64,000 bases of DNA from an uncultured Muribaculaceae bacterium (lineage in GTDB: Bacteria > Bacteroidota > Bacteroidia > Bacteroidales > Muribaculaceae): assembly GCA_910578385.1 (NCBI GenBank), contig CAJTQV010000008.1:21271-85270 (forward strand), read 5' to 3'. Shown here one piece after another: positions 1 through 9,269 of the stretch; position 1 is the first letter of the stretch, and the number at the start of each line of letters is the position of its first letter. The position numbers were made by a program, and so were the translations under genes. Below the pieces are notes generated by a model. That model saw nothing but the letters and a program-made list of their open reading frames with translations, did not search any database and had not been told where the DNA came from.

Positions 1-858
1 CGCATAGCTCCGACCGACGCACCTGTACTGATTCTCGGAGAGAATGGCACGGGCAAGGAGCTGATTGCAAACGCCATCCACGCCAACAGCCGCCGTCGTC
101 ACAACCCATTTGTGATGGTCAATCTCGGGGGCGTCCCCCACTCTCTTTTCGAGAGCGAGATGTTCGGTCATGCCAAAGGTGCCTTCACCGGAGCTGTCAC
201 AGCCCGAAAGGGACGGTTCGAGATGGCCGACAAGGGTACCATCTTCCTCGACGAAATTGGAGATCTCGACATGGCCTCGCAGGTGAAGATGCTCCGTGTG
301 CTCCAACAGCACACGTTCGAGCCCCTCGGCGAGTCGCGTCCGCGCAAGGTGGACATACGCGTGGTATGCGCCACAAACGCCGACATTCAGACTAAAGTCC
401 GCGACCGAAGTTTCCGCGAGGATCTTTTCTACCGCATAAATCTGATAACCTTGACGTTACCCGCCCTGCGCGACCGTCGCGACGACATACCGGCACTTGT
501 GCGCCATTTCATGTCGCTCGCGGCAAAGAATGCCCGCATGGCCACTCCCGGAATCTCAGCGGAAGCGATGGAGTTTCTTACCCGTCTCCCCTATCCGGGC
601 AATATCCGTCAGCTCAAGAATATGGTAGAACGGGCCGTTCTAATCGGAGGCGACACTCTGACCCGCGACCTGTTCGGTCATGACGACAATGATGTTTCCG
701 AAGCTGACGTGACAGCCGCCGGCAATTTAGGAGATATGGAACGGGAAGCGGTTGCCGATGCTCTCCGTCAGGCGGGCGGCAATATGTCGCACGCAGCCAG
801 AATACTCGGCATAACACGTCAGAGCCTCTATCGCAGAAAGGAGAAATATGGGCTATAA
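1..858 (+). CDS. Sigma54-dependent NtrC/Fis-family transcriptional regulator, 5' truncated by the window edge
   Basis: Frame is open from base 1 (RIAPTDAPVLILGENGTGKE, Walker A); GAFTGA, FLDEIG, FREDLFYRIN, PGNIRQL; C-terminal Fis-type HTH. Confidence 0.93.
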   Translation, partial: RIAPTDAPVLILGENGTGKELIANAIHANSRRRHNPFVMVNLGGVPHSLFESEMFGHAKGAFTGAVTARKGRFEMADKGTIFLDEIGDLDMASQVKMLRVLQQHTFEPLGESRPRKVDIRVVCATNADIQTKVRDRSFREDLFYRINLITLTLPALRDRRDDIPALVRHFMSLAAKNARMATPGISAEAMEFLTRLPYPGNIRQLKNMVERAVLIGGDTLTRDLFGHDDNDVSEADVTAAGNLGDMEREAVADALRQAGGNMSHAARILGITRQSLYRRKEKYGL

Positions 859-2149
859 GTTTCTATCGGCAGGAATAGCCGTCTGCTTCGCCGTCTCTAT
901 AGCGACAACGCTATGGGGACTTCCTGTCTGGATTCCGGCATCGATATGCGGGCTGGGGCTAATTCTGACTCTGCTTCTGGTGAGGGGAATCGTTTTACCT
1001 ATGCGGCGCACGGCAATAGGCATGGACCTCCTCGCTTCGCAGGATTTCGGAAGCCGTCTGGTGACTGTCTCAGAACCGAATGCCGACAGGATGGTCCGGC
1101 TCTTCAACTCGATGATTGAACGCCTGCATGATGAACGCCTGCGCAACATGGAGCAGGACAACTTCCTCAGCCTCCTGATTGACGCATCGCCTATGGGTGT
1201 GGCGATGCTCGACTTCGACGGCCGGATAACGATGACCAACCGAGCCTTTCTGAAGATAATGGGGTTATCTTCAATCGAAATGGCTCAAGGTAAAGAAATC
1301 CGGAACCTCGACACTCCGCTCACAGCAGCGTTGATTGAATTGCCGCAGGGAGAGAACCGCGTGATCAGGCACGGAGGTGTTGACATGTACCGGTGTTGGC
1401 ACCTGTCGGTTGTCCAGAATGGTTTTCCGCGACGGTTCTATCTCATCGAGAGCTTGACGGAGGAAATCATGAAGGCTGAACGTCATGCCTACGGCAAGGT
1501 AATACGAACCATATCGCACGAGGTCAACAATACCATGGCAGGAGTAAGGTCTCTGTTGCAGATGTTGTGCGACACTGCTACCGATCCTGATGAGCGGGAC
1601 CTGATGGAAAGCTGCGACGCACGTTGCTCAAGCATGTGCTCCTTCATATCAGGTTATGCTGACGTTGTGCGGTTGCCGGATCCCGTAATGCGTGACGAGA
1701 ATCTGAATTCTGTTGTCACTGACATGCTGCCGTTCCTTCGCAAGCTCACCGACGACACTATCTCTATTGAGTTCATTCCGGCAGAAAGTCCTGCGCGGGT
1801 CAGCATAGACCGTTCACTGATTGAGCAGGTAATTGTCAACATAGTGAAGAATGCCATTGAAGGCATAGCCGAAAAGAGATCGGACAAAGACTCAGCAAAA
1901 ACATCCGGAAATATCTCGATAAAAACATTTGCCGACCGAAGTGGAACACGCCTCGAAATAACAAACGACGGCGCACAGATAGCGGAACACGTAGCAACTC
2001 AACTCTTCAACCCATTCTTCACCACCAAGCCTACAGGCCGGGGCATAGGGCTCACCTTAATCGCCGAAATACTCTCCCGTCACTCCGCCCGCTACACTCT
2101 CGCCACAGACCCGGCCACGCACCTCACCACCTTCACCATCTCATTCTGA
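848..2149 (+). CDS. NtrY-like PAS sensor histidine kinase
   Basis: N-terminal TMs, PAS-like segment, H-box ISHEVNN, N-box NIVKNA, FNPFFTTK, GRGIGL; overlaps the regulator stop. Confidence 0.9.
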   Translation: MGYKFLSAGIAVCFAVSIATTLWGLPVWIPASICGLGLILTLLLVRGIVLPMRRTAIGMDLLASQDFGSRLVTVSEPNADRMVRLFNSMIERLHDERLRNMEQDNFLSLLIDASPMGVAMLDFDGRITMTNRAFLKIMGLSSIEMAQGKEIRNLDTPLTAALIELPQGENRVIRHGGVDMYRCWHLSVVQNGFPRRFYLIESLTEEIMKAERHAYGKVIRTISHEVNNTMAGVRSLLQMLCDTATDPDERDLMESCDARCSSMCSFISGYADVVRLPDPVMRDENLNSVVTDMLPFLRKLTDDTISIEFIPAESPARVSIDRSLIEQVIVNIVKNAIEGIAEKRSDKDSAKTSGNISIKTFADRSGTRLEITNDGAQIAEHVATQLFNPFFTTKPTGRGIGLTLIAEILSRHSARYTLATDPATHLTTFTISF

Positions 2150-2156
2150 ACAATCA

Positions 2157-3614
2157 TCAGGTAGCCGGGGCGAGGGGGAGGGTGATTTGGAAGCGGAGGC
2201 CGGAGGGTGTGCGGTTGGAGACCGTTATCTTGCCGCCGTGAAGAAGGATGGCGTTCTTCACTATCGACAGACCGAGACCGGTGCCTCCTGCCTTGCGCGA
2301 GCGTCCCTTGTCAACCCTGTAGAAACGCTCGAACAACCGTGGAAGGCTTTCCTCGGGAACGCCGCTACCATCATCATATATATCCAGTTCAAGCATTCGC
2401 GATCCGGCTCCTCCGTCATAATACTGCCGTGAAGTCTCTATCACAATCCGGGTACCGCCGCTGTAAGATATCGCATTGTCTATCAGGTTCCGGAATACCG
2501 AAGCAAGCAAAGACGGATTGCCCTCCACCTCCTGCTTACCAACGATTCTGTCCACAATCTCAATTCCCCGGCTTTCGGCTACAGGTGTAAGTTCTCCGAC
2601 AACCTCCGAAATTACCGCCGACAGATCAACCCTCTCCTTTGCTATTGAAGAGGGGGCATCGTCCATGCGGGTTATCAATGAGACATCACGCAGCAGCCCC
2701 TCCAACCGCTCGGAGTTGGCGAGACAACGACGCAGGAATTCCTCACGCTTGGCCGCATCCATATCCGGGTGAGCAAGCAAGGTCTCTATGCAGACATGTA
2801 TGGATGCAACCGGCGTTTTCAGTTCATGGTTTATATTGTTGGTGAGACGCTTCTTGATTTTCTCACTCTCTTTCTGCTGCCGCAGTGCAGCACGATGTTC
2901 GCGGTCGCGGTCGGCAATAGCCTGCTGCAGATTTGCGTAAAGCCGCACGATATGGCTCGATATGGCACCAAGCTCATCATTCGGGAAAGGAGCGGTGTCG
3001 TAGATACGTTCACCACGCTCAGCACGCTCCGAGAAACGGTTAAGACGCGATATGTTCTGTCCGAGCCTGTGCGTGACAAAATATCCCAAGACACACATTG
3101 CCAAGGTTATACCCCCGATTGCCCAGAGAAATCCGTAATCAGCTCCCAACAGTCCTCTCAATGAGACTGAATATGGAACGGCCGTACGGACGATAATGCC
3201 GTTTTTCCCACGTGTGGCGGAATAGAAATAAGTCTCGCCTGTCGTCTCGCTATGACGGCGCACGGCAAACCCTGTCCCTATCCTCATGGCAGCCTCCACC
3301 TCAGCACGGTCGCGATGGTCTGAACCGCTCTTTACGCCGGGAGTGTTGTCGGAAATAATTCGACCCGAACTGTCAATCACACTTATTCTTAGATTCTGGA
3401 AATGGTGATTGTTGACCGTCGACATGCTTCCCTCGTCCAACTCGTCGAGAATATGCAGGTTGACAAGCTGCAGCTGGGCATCGAGAGCCTCAGCTTTATA
3501 TTCCTTCTCACGGTGATACTGGAAGCCCACTATGCACCCTGCCAGGAGCAAGGAATACACAACCAGCCATAGAAACAAACGTCTCGAATATGTCAACCTA
3601 ATCCATGAAGCCAT
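2157..3614 (-). CDS. PhoR-like sensor histidine kinase
   Basis: Two TMs, H-box NHELKTP, NLIDNA, FERFYRVDKGRSRKAGGTGLGLSIVK. Confidence 0.88.
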   Translation of the reverse strand: MASWIRLTYSRRLFLWLVVYSLLLAGCIVGFQYHREKEYKAEALDAQLQLVNLHILDELDEGSMSTVNNHHFQNLRISVIDSSGRIISDNTPGVKSGSDHRDRAEVEAAMRIGTGFAVRRHSETTGETYFYSATRGKNGIIVRTAVPYSVSLRGLLGADYGFLWAIGGITLAMCVLGYFVTHRLGQNISRLNRFSERAERGERIYDTAPFPNDELGAISSHIVRLYANLQQAIADRDREHRAALRQQKESEKIKKRLTNNINHELKTPVASIHVCIETLLAHPDMDAAKREEFLRRCLANSERLEGLLRDVSLITRMDDAPSSIAKERVDLSAVISEVVGELTPVAESRGIEIVDRIVGKQEVEGNPSLLASVFRNLIDNAISYSGGTRIVIETSRQYYDGGAGSRMLELDIYDDGSGVPEESLPRLFERFYRVDKGRSRKAGGTGLGLSIVKNAILLHGGKITVSNRTPSGLRFQITLPLAPAT

Positions 3615-4299
3615 AGCCGTAACCGGAACGTGTCACAATATTCTTACCATAATCACCTATTTTCTGCCTGATGCGGGTAATGTTGACATCCACCACCCGG
3701 TCGAGCACAACAACCTCATCAGGCCATACACGCGAAAGAATCTCTTCGCGCGAGAATACATGCCCCTGCCGCGAGAGCAACATGACGAGTATCTCGAATT
3801 CCTTGCGAGGCAGACGCACGTCGATTCCATCGACAGTGCAGAGTTTACGCGACGGATTGACAACCAATCCTTTGTATCGCAATTCTTCGGTCTCCTGATC
3901 CGGAGCATGTGAGCCGGTGCTGCGGCGCAGCACGGACCGGACACGCGCCGAAACCGTACGCAACGAATAAGGTTTGGTGATATAATCGTCCGCACCGAGG
4001 TCAAGACCCGACACCACATCATCCTCAGAATCGCGTGCCGAACAGAAAATGACCGGCACGCGTGCCGTTACCGGGTTCTTTTTCAGAATCCTGGCAAGCT
4101 GGATACCGGAAATCTCACCCATCATTATGTCGAGCAGGAAGAGATCATAACGCGACAAATCCATACCGAGGGCTTCCTCGGCACTACAAGCCGTATCAAC
4201 CTTATATCCCTCGGCTTCGAGATTAAAGCGTAGGGCCTCTGTCAGTGTCTCCTCGTCGTCAACCACCAATATCCTTTTCGTATTGTCTTGCTGTTCCAT
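3598..4299 (-). CDS. OmpR/PhoB-family response regulator (start 4299, alternatively 4314)
   Basis: Receiver VVDDE, LLDIMM, GADDYITKP; winged helix VDVNITRIRQK and TRSGYGY. Confidence 0.92.
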   Translation of the reverse strand: MEQQDNTKRILVVDDEETLTEALRFNLEAEGYKVDTACSAEEALGMDLSRYDLFLLDIMMGEISGIQLARILKKNPVTARVPVIFCSARDSEDDVVSGLDLGADDYITKPYSLRTVSARVRSVLRRSTGSHAPDQETEELRYKGLVVNPSRKLCTVDGIDVRLPRKEFEILVMLLSRQGHVFSREEILSRVWPDEVVVLDRVVDVNITRIRQKIGDYGKNIVTRSGYGYGFMD

Positions 4300-4400
4300 A
4301 GTCTTGATGCTCATACATGATTCCAGATGAAGGAATCTTCTCTCATTTATAATACGCTCCAAACCGGAGTTAGTTGTCGGTAGGGTCACATTTCATGTTT

Positions 4401-4447
4401 GTTTAAACATTTTGAAATGTTTTTGAAACAACTTGTCGCGAACTTTG
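4401..4447 (+). promoter_or_regulatory. Candidate response-regulator direct repeats and -7-like element upstream of the phosphate transporter
   Basis: TTTAAACA / TTGAAATG / TTGAAACA at 10-11 bp spacing, followed by GAACTTTG. Confidence 0.4.
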
Positions 4448-4482
4448 CGGTTGTAAATAAAAAGTAACACAACCACACACTT

Positions 4483-6768
4483 ATGGAAATACTTTTTCTG
4501 TGTATAATAATTTTCCTATTCTTGCTGGCCATATTCGACCTCTCTGTCGGAGTCAGCAATGATGCGGTCAACTTCCTGAACTCCGCAATCGGTTCGGGAG
4601 CAGCCACTTTCAAGCGCGTGCTGATAGTCGCCTCTATCGGTGTGTTCATCGGCGCAGCCATGAGCAACGGCATGATGGAGATTGCCCGGCACGGCATTTT
4701 CAGACCGGAACATTTCTCGTTCTACGATCTGATCTGCATCTTCATGGCGGTGATGGTGACCGACATAATTCTGCTCGACATATTCAACACGCTCGGAATG
4801 CCGACATCGACAACGGTCTCTATGGTTTTCGAGCTTTTGGGTGCCACCTTTGTCGTTGCACTCATCAAGATGGCCGGCGGAATAGACCTCGGTCTCAACG
4901 AATTGCTCAACACCGAGAAAGCTCTCGCCGTAATTCTTGGAATTTTCCTGTCGGTAGCGATCGCGTTCGCATTCGGAACCATCGTGCAGTTTATTTCGAG
5001 AACGGTATTCTCCTTCAACTACCGGAGCAAACTCAAATGGAAAATCGGACTGTTCGGGGGAATATGTCTCACAGCCATTGTGTATTTCCTTCTCATCAAG
5101 GGAGCCAAAGACCTCTCGTTCATGACACCCGAAGTGAAAGCATGGATCAAGAGCAACACCCTTCTCATAATCGGATGCAGCTTTGTGGTCTTTACCCTCC
5201 TGATGCAACTGCTCCACCTTCTTAAAGTCAACGTTCTCAAGGTTATTGTACTGTCGGGGACATTCTCATTGGCTGTGGCTTTCGCAGGTAATGACCTCGT
5301 GAACTTCATCGGTGTTCCACTCAGCGGTCTGGCATCATATCAGGACTATATCGCCAACGGAGGAGGAGACGCAACCGGTTTTCTGATGGGTTCTCTCAAC
5401 GGACCGGCCAATACTCCCGTCTATTTCCTTATAGGAGCCGGCGTAATCATGGTCGTATCGCTTGCCACCTCGCGCAAGGCCCGCAAAGTAACCGAAACCG
5501 AAATCGGCCTTGGCAGCCAGCAGGAGGGTGAGGAGATGTTCGGTTCGTCGCGTATAGCGCGCCGTCTGGTCCGTTGGTCGCTCGCGGTGTTCTACTGGGT
5601 TCATGCGCACACTCCGGCAAGAGTGCGCGGATGGTTCCGACGCCGCTTCAACACTGATGAGACCATCATGGAGAACGGCGCTTCGTTCGACCTCGTGCGC
5701 GGCTCGGTAAACCTTGTACTCGCAGGCGCACTCATCGCCTTGGGCACTTCTTTAAAGCTCCCCCTCTCCACAACCTTCGTGACATTCATGGTGGCGATGG
5801 GTACCTCGCTCGCCGACCGGGCATGGGGACGCGAAAGCGCTGTGTTCCGCATCACAGGGGTAATCTCGGTGATCGGAGGCTGGTTCATCACAGCTGGAGC
5901 TGCCTTCATCGGAGCCGGAATCATCGTGCTTCTCATGCACCTCGGAGGCATCTGGGTGATGCTTGCTCTTGCTGCTGTGACCCTGTTCCTGATTATCCGC
6001 AGCAACCGCCGTTTCAGGGACAAGAAGAAAGAGGAGGCCGGCGACACTCTTTTCCAGACCATCCTCGCTACCGAGGACAAGGAAAAGACCTGGGATCTCC
6101 TCCGCGTATACATAACCGGCGAACAGCTGAAGTTCTTCCGCTTCGCGGCAGCGAGCTACGACGTAATCACATCGGCATTTGTCAACGATAATGCCGGACA
6201 ACTCCGGAAAAGCGACAACGCTCTGCTAAACGAGAAGAGTGTGCTGAAAAACGCCCGTCGCAAAGAGACCCTATGCCTGCGCCGGGTAAGCCACGAGATG
6301 GCAATCGAGAAAAGCGCATGGTTCCATCTCAGCAATACATGCTGCATGAGCATTCTATACAACCTGAGACGAATCAACGAAATATGCCGCGAGCATGTTG
6401 ACAACAACTTCCATCCCCTTCCGAAGAACCATGTCATGGAACTTGCTGAAATCAAATCAAGTGTGCTCGGACTCTTCGACGATGTGTTCGACATGATGGA
6501 TACATCGGCACCCGAGGCCGTAACCATGCTTCGCCGCAAATGCGACAGCATAAAAGATGTGGTGTCGGAAACCTACCACCGCCTCTTCACACATCTCCGC
6601 GAAGGAGACCCGGCATCGATGACCGTGGTTTATGTCTATCTCAACATGCTGCAGGAGACTCAGGAGATTGTTTCCGGTCTGAGAAAATATCTGCGTGCCT
6701 ATGCTAAACTTCAGGATACAGATTTCAACAGCCGCAGAATAGCCCGAAACAGCAAGAAAGCAGGGTAA
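4483..6768 (+). CDS. PiT-family inorganic phosphate transporter with a C-terminal helical (PhoU-like) domain
   Basis: GVSNDAVN and FAGNDLVN PiT signature repeats, PTSTT/PLSTT motifs, many TMs, ~240 aa soluble tail. Confidence 0.85.
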   Translation: MEILFLCIIIFLFLLAIFDLSVGVSNDAVNFLNSAIGSGAATFKRVLIVASIGVFIGAAMSNGMMEIARHGIFRPEHFSFYDLICIFMAVMVTDIILLDIFNTLGMPTSTTVSMVFELLGATFVVALIKMAGGIDLGLNELLNTEKALAVILGIFLSVAIAFAFGTIVQFISRTVFSFNYRSKLKWKIGLFGGICLTAIVYFLLIKGAKDLSFMTPEVKAWIKSNTLLIIGCSFVVFTLLMQLLHLLKVNVLKVIVLSGTFSLAVAFAGNDLVNFIGVPLSGLASYQDYIANGGGDATGFLMGSLNGPANTPVYFLIGAGVIMVVSLATSRKARKVTETEIGLGSQQEGEEMFGSSRIARRLVRWSLAVFYWVHAHTPARVRGWFRRRFNTDETIMENGASFDLVRGSVNLVLAGALIALGTSLKLPLSTTFVTFMVAMGTSLADRAWGRESAVFRITGVISVIGGWFITAGAAFIGAGIIVLLMHLGGIWVMLALAAVTLFLIIRSNRRFRDKKKEEAGDTLFQTILATEDKEKTWDLLRVYITGEQLKFFRFAAASYDVITSAFVNDNAGQLRKSDNALLNEKSVLKNARRKETLCLRRVSHEMAIEKSAWFHLSNTCCMSILYNLRRINEICREHVDNNFHPLPKNHVMELAEIKSSVLGLFDDVFDMMDTSAPEAVTMLRRKCDSIKDVVSETYHRLFTHLREGDPASMTVVYVYLNMLQETQEIVSGLRKYLRAYAKLQDTDFNSRRIARNSKKAG

Positions 6769-6770
6769 TT

Positions 6771-6802
6771 TTTGCATAACCGGAATAAAAGTATTAAATT
6801 TG
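6771..6802 (+). promoter_or_regulatory. Bacteroidetes sigma-A type promoter of the amylase gene
   Basis: TTTG (6771) - 20 nt - TAAATTTG (6795-6802). Confidence 0.6.
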
Positions 6803-6945
6803 CGGAGTTTGCCAACGATAGTATGGCAAACTCCTCTCTTTTGTACCTTATAGTGGTACATTCTCCACTTCAAGAGCCGCGAGGCCCGCTTTCTATAAAA
6901 GGACTTAAAGTTAACCTAATATTAAACCTACAAACTTTTCAACTC

Positions 6946-9126
6946 ATGAAAAAGATTTTCGGTGCTTTGGCACTGACACTCTGTCTCGGACAGGGTGCAT
7001 GGGCTGCGGACTACGGTCTGCCGTCCGGAATTCAGGAGGGTAACATCCTGCACTGCTTCAACTGGACAGCACAGGAGGTGAAAGCCAACCTGAAGAACAT
7101 CGCCGAAGCCGGTTTCGGTTCAGTACAGCTCTCCCCGCTTCAGCGTCCCGACGTCAAAGCCGGTTCTCCGTGGCATGATCTTTACCGTCCCTATGACCTT
7201 GCATTCAAATCTTCAAGCTACTGTTCGGAGGCAGACCTCAAGGCACTCTGCGAGGAAGCTGCCACATATGGCATCAAGGTGATTGTGGACGTTGTCGCGA
7301 ACCACGTTGACAGAACAGCCGGATACCACGACACCTGGTGGGATGCCAACGGTCGTGTACGCTGGAACGGCGGTATAAACTACGGTGACCGCTATTCCAT
7401 CACACATGGCCAGCTCGGCGACTACGGCGACGTGAACTCCGAAGACGCGGAAGTGATAGCCCGCGGAAAGGCTTATGTGGAGAAACTGAAAAGCCTCGGT
7501 GTGAAGGGTATCCGCTGGGATGCAGCCAAGCATATCGCCACCCCGTCGGAAGGATGCAATTTCTGGAGCACCGTGACATCGGTACCCGGCATGTGGCATT
7601 ACGGTGAAATTCTTAACGATGACGGCACCCCTATCAACGAATATGCAAAGTACATGAGCGTTACTGACAACCGCTATTCAAACGGAGCCGCCCAGAACAA
7701 CGGCGGTATCCAGCAGGGTTACGGTGGTTCATGGGTAGTTGACCGTGGGGTAGCCGACACCAAGGTTGTGTACTGGGGCGAGAGCCACGATACCTACTCG
7801 AACGACGAATGGAGCCAGAACGTTGACCAGAGCGTAATCGACCGTGCATATGCCTGTGTGGCTTGCCGCAACGGCGCCACCGCCCTCTACCTTGCACGCC
7901 CGAATGCAAAAGGATTCAACAACATCAAGGTCGGCAAAGGTACGGACGCTTACAAGAGCAAGGCAATCAGCGAGGTCAACAAGTTCCGCAACGCCATGGT
8001 GGGCAAAGCAGACTATTGCGAAGCCGCCGGCAACACATTCTGCGTGACCCGCGAGAATGGTGGTGCAGTGATCGTGACCAGAGGCAGTGGTCAGGTCAGC
8101 GTGGCCAACGGCGGCGGTTATTGCCCCGCAGGAACATATACCGACAAGGTTTCGGGAAACACTTTCACTGTGACATCATCTACCATCTCCGGTAATGTCG
8201 GCGCAAGCGGTATCGCAGTTCTCTATGATGGAGAAGGCGGTGGCGGCGGCGAAGGCGGCGGCGGTGAAGGTGGCGGCGAGGTAACAGAGGGTGGCCTCTG
8301 GATTCTCGGCAATCTTCCCGGCGCGGCAGGCTGGTCCACAACTCCCGGCACAGGCAAGGCCATGACCAAGACCGGAAACACATTCACTGCAAAGGATGTC
8401 GAGTTTGTCGCTGCGGCCGGTGAGTCAAAATGCTACTTCAACCTTACCGACTACGTGGGTGCGACCTGGGATGAAACCAACATGAATGCAAACCGTTACG
8501 GCGCTGCCACCGAGGGCGTTACCCTTACAGATGGACAGACCTCAACAATGGTCAAGTACGCGAACAATGTCGATGCCTCAGGTTGCCTTTCATGGACTGT
8601 GGCTCCCGGCAAATATGATGTGACAGCAGACCTCTCAGCCATGACGATCAAGGTTGTCAAAGCCGGTGAAGGCGATGGCGGTGAAGGCGGCGGTGATGAC
8701 AATGAGATAATCACCGACCCCTACTACTGCTATTTCGACAACACTGCAGGTTGGAATGTGAAAGTATGGGCCTGGAACGACACAGAACCCTCATGCACAG
8801 TAAATCCCAATTGGCCAGGCGACAGCATGACCACAAAGAACGGCAAATTGTACTGGGCCGCTCCTGAAGGCAAGATTCCGACCATGATTATCTTCAGCAA
8901 CAATGGCGGTGAGAAAGCTGGTGGAGGCGACCTTGAATTTGTCAACGGAGCCACCTACCATGTAGATGGAAGCTACACCATGGACACTACCGGTGTCGAG
9001 ACCATAGAGACAGCAACAGAAGCTCCTGTATACTTCAACCTCCAGGGTGTACGTGTCGAGAATCCCTCGAACGGCATTTTTATCAAGGTTTCAGGTAACA
9101 AAACTACTAAAGTTTACGTTAAATAA
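6946..9126 (+). CDS. Secreted GH13 alpha-amylase with starch-binding modules (SusE/F-like and CBM26-like) and a T9SS-like C-terminal tail
   Basis: Signal peptide MKKIFGALAL...AWA; DVVANH, GIRWDAAKH, YGEIL, WGESHD; Gly/Glu linkers; YFDNTAGW..VWAWN..WPG; YFNLQGVRVENP tail. Confidence 0.88.
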   Translation: MKKIFGALALTLCLGQGAWAADYGLPSGIQEGNILHCFNWTAQEVKANLKNIAEAGFGSVQLSPLQRPDVKAGSPWHDLYRPYDLAFKSSSYCSEADLKALCEEAATYGIKVIVDVVANHVDRTAGYHDTWWDANGRVRWNGGINYGDRYSITHGQLGDYGDVNSEDAEVIARGKAYVEKLKSLGVKGIRWDAAKHIATPSEGCNFWSTVTSVPGMWHYGEILNDDGTPINEYAKYMSVTDNRYSNGAAQNNGGIQQGYGGSWVVDRGVADTKVVYWGESHDTYSNDEWSQNVDQSVIDRAYACVACRNGATALYLARPNAKGFNNIKVGKGTDAYKSKAISEVNKFRNAMVGKADYCEAAGNTFCVTRENGGAVIVTRGSGQVSVANGGGYCPAGTYTDKVSGNTFTVTSSTISGNVGASGIAVLYDGEGGGGGEGGGGEGGGEVTEGGLWILGNLPGAAGWSTTPGTGKAMTKTGNTFTAKDVEFVAAAGESKCYFNLTDYVGATWDETNMNANRYGAATEGVTLTDGQTSTMVKYANNVDASGCLSWTVAPGKYDVTADLSAMTIKVVKAGEGDGGEGGGDDNEIITDPYYCYFDNTAGWNVKVWAWNDTEPSCTVNPNWPGDSMTTKNGKLYWAAPEGKIPTMIIFSNNGGEKAGGGDLEFVNGATYHVDGSYTMDTTGVETIETATEAPVYFNLQGVRVENPSNGIFIKVSGNKTTKVYVK

Positions 9127-9151
9127 GAGACCGGGCTTCTGCAAAAACGGT

Positions 9152-9189
9152 CGGGAGGTACGTCATCTGACGTGCCTCCCGTTATTTTT
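9152..9189 (+). terminator. Intrinsic terminator after the amylase
   Basis: cgggaggtacgtca-tc-tgacgtgcctcccg followed by ttattttt. Confidence 0.75.
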
Positions 9190-9203
9190 GCGCCTATTTT
9201 AGT

Positions 9204-9257
9204 TAAGTAAGTGTGCCGGATAAATTACTGCAGTAATTTATCCGGCACACTCACTTA
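9204..9257. repeat. 42-bp perfect palindrome (9210-9251) with a 5-bp extension; probable terminator of the capsule operon
   Basis: agtgtgccggataaattactg|cagtaatttatccggcacact. Confidence 0.85.
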
Positions 9258-9269
9258 TTATTTCAGTTA

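Noticed and set aside
8229..8280. GGC/GAA repeats in the amylase (also about 8664-8697)
   Set aside because: They encode ordinary Gly/Glu interdomain linkers.
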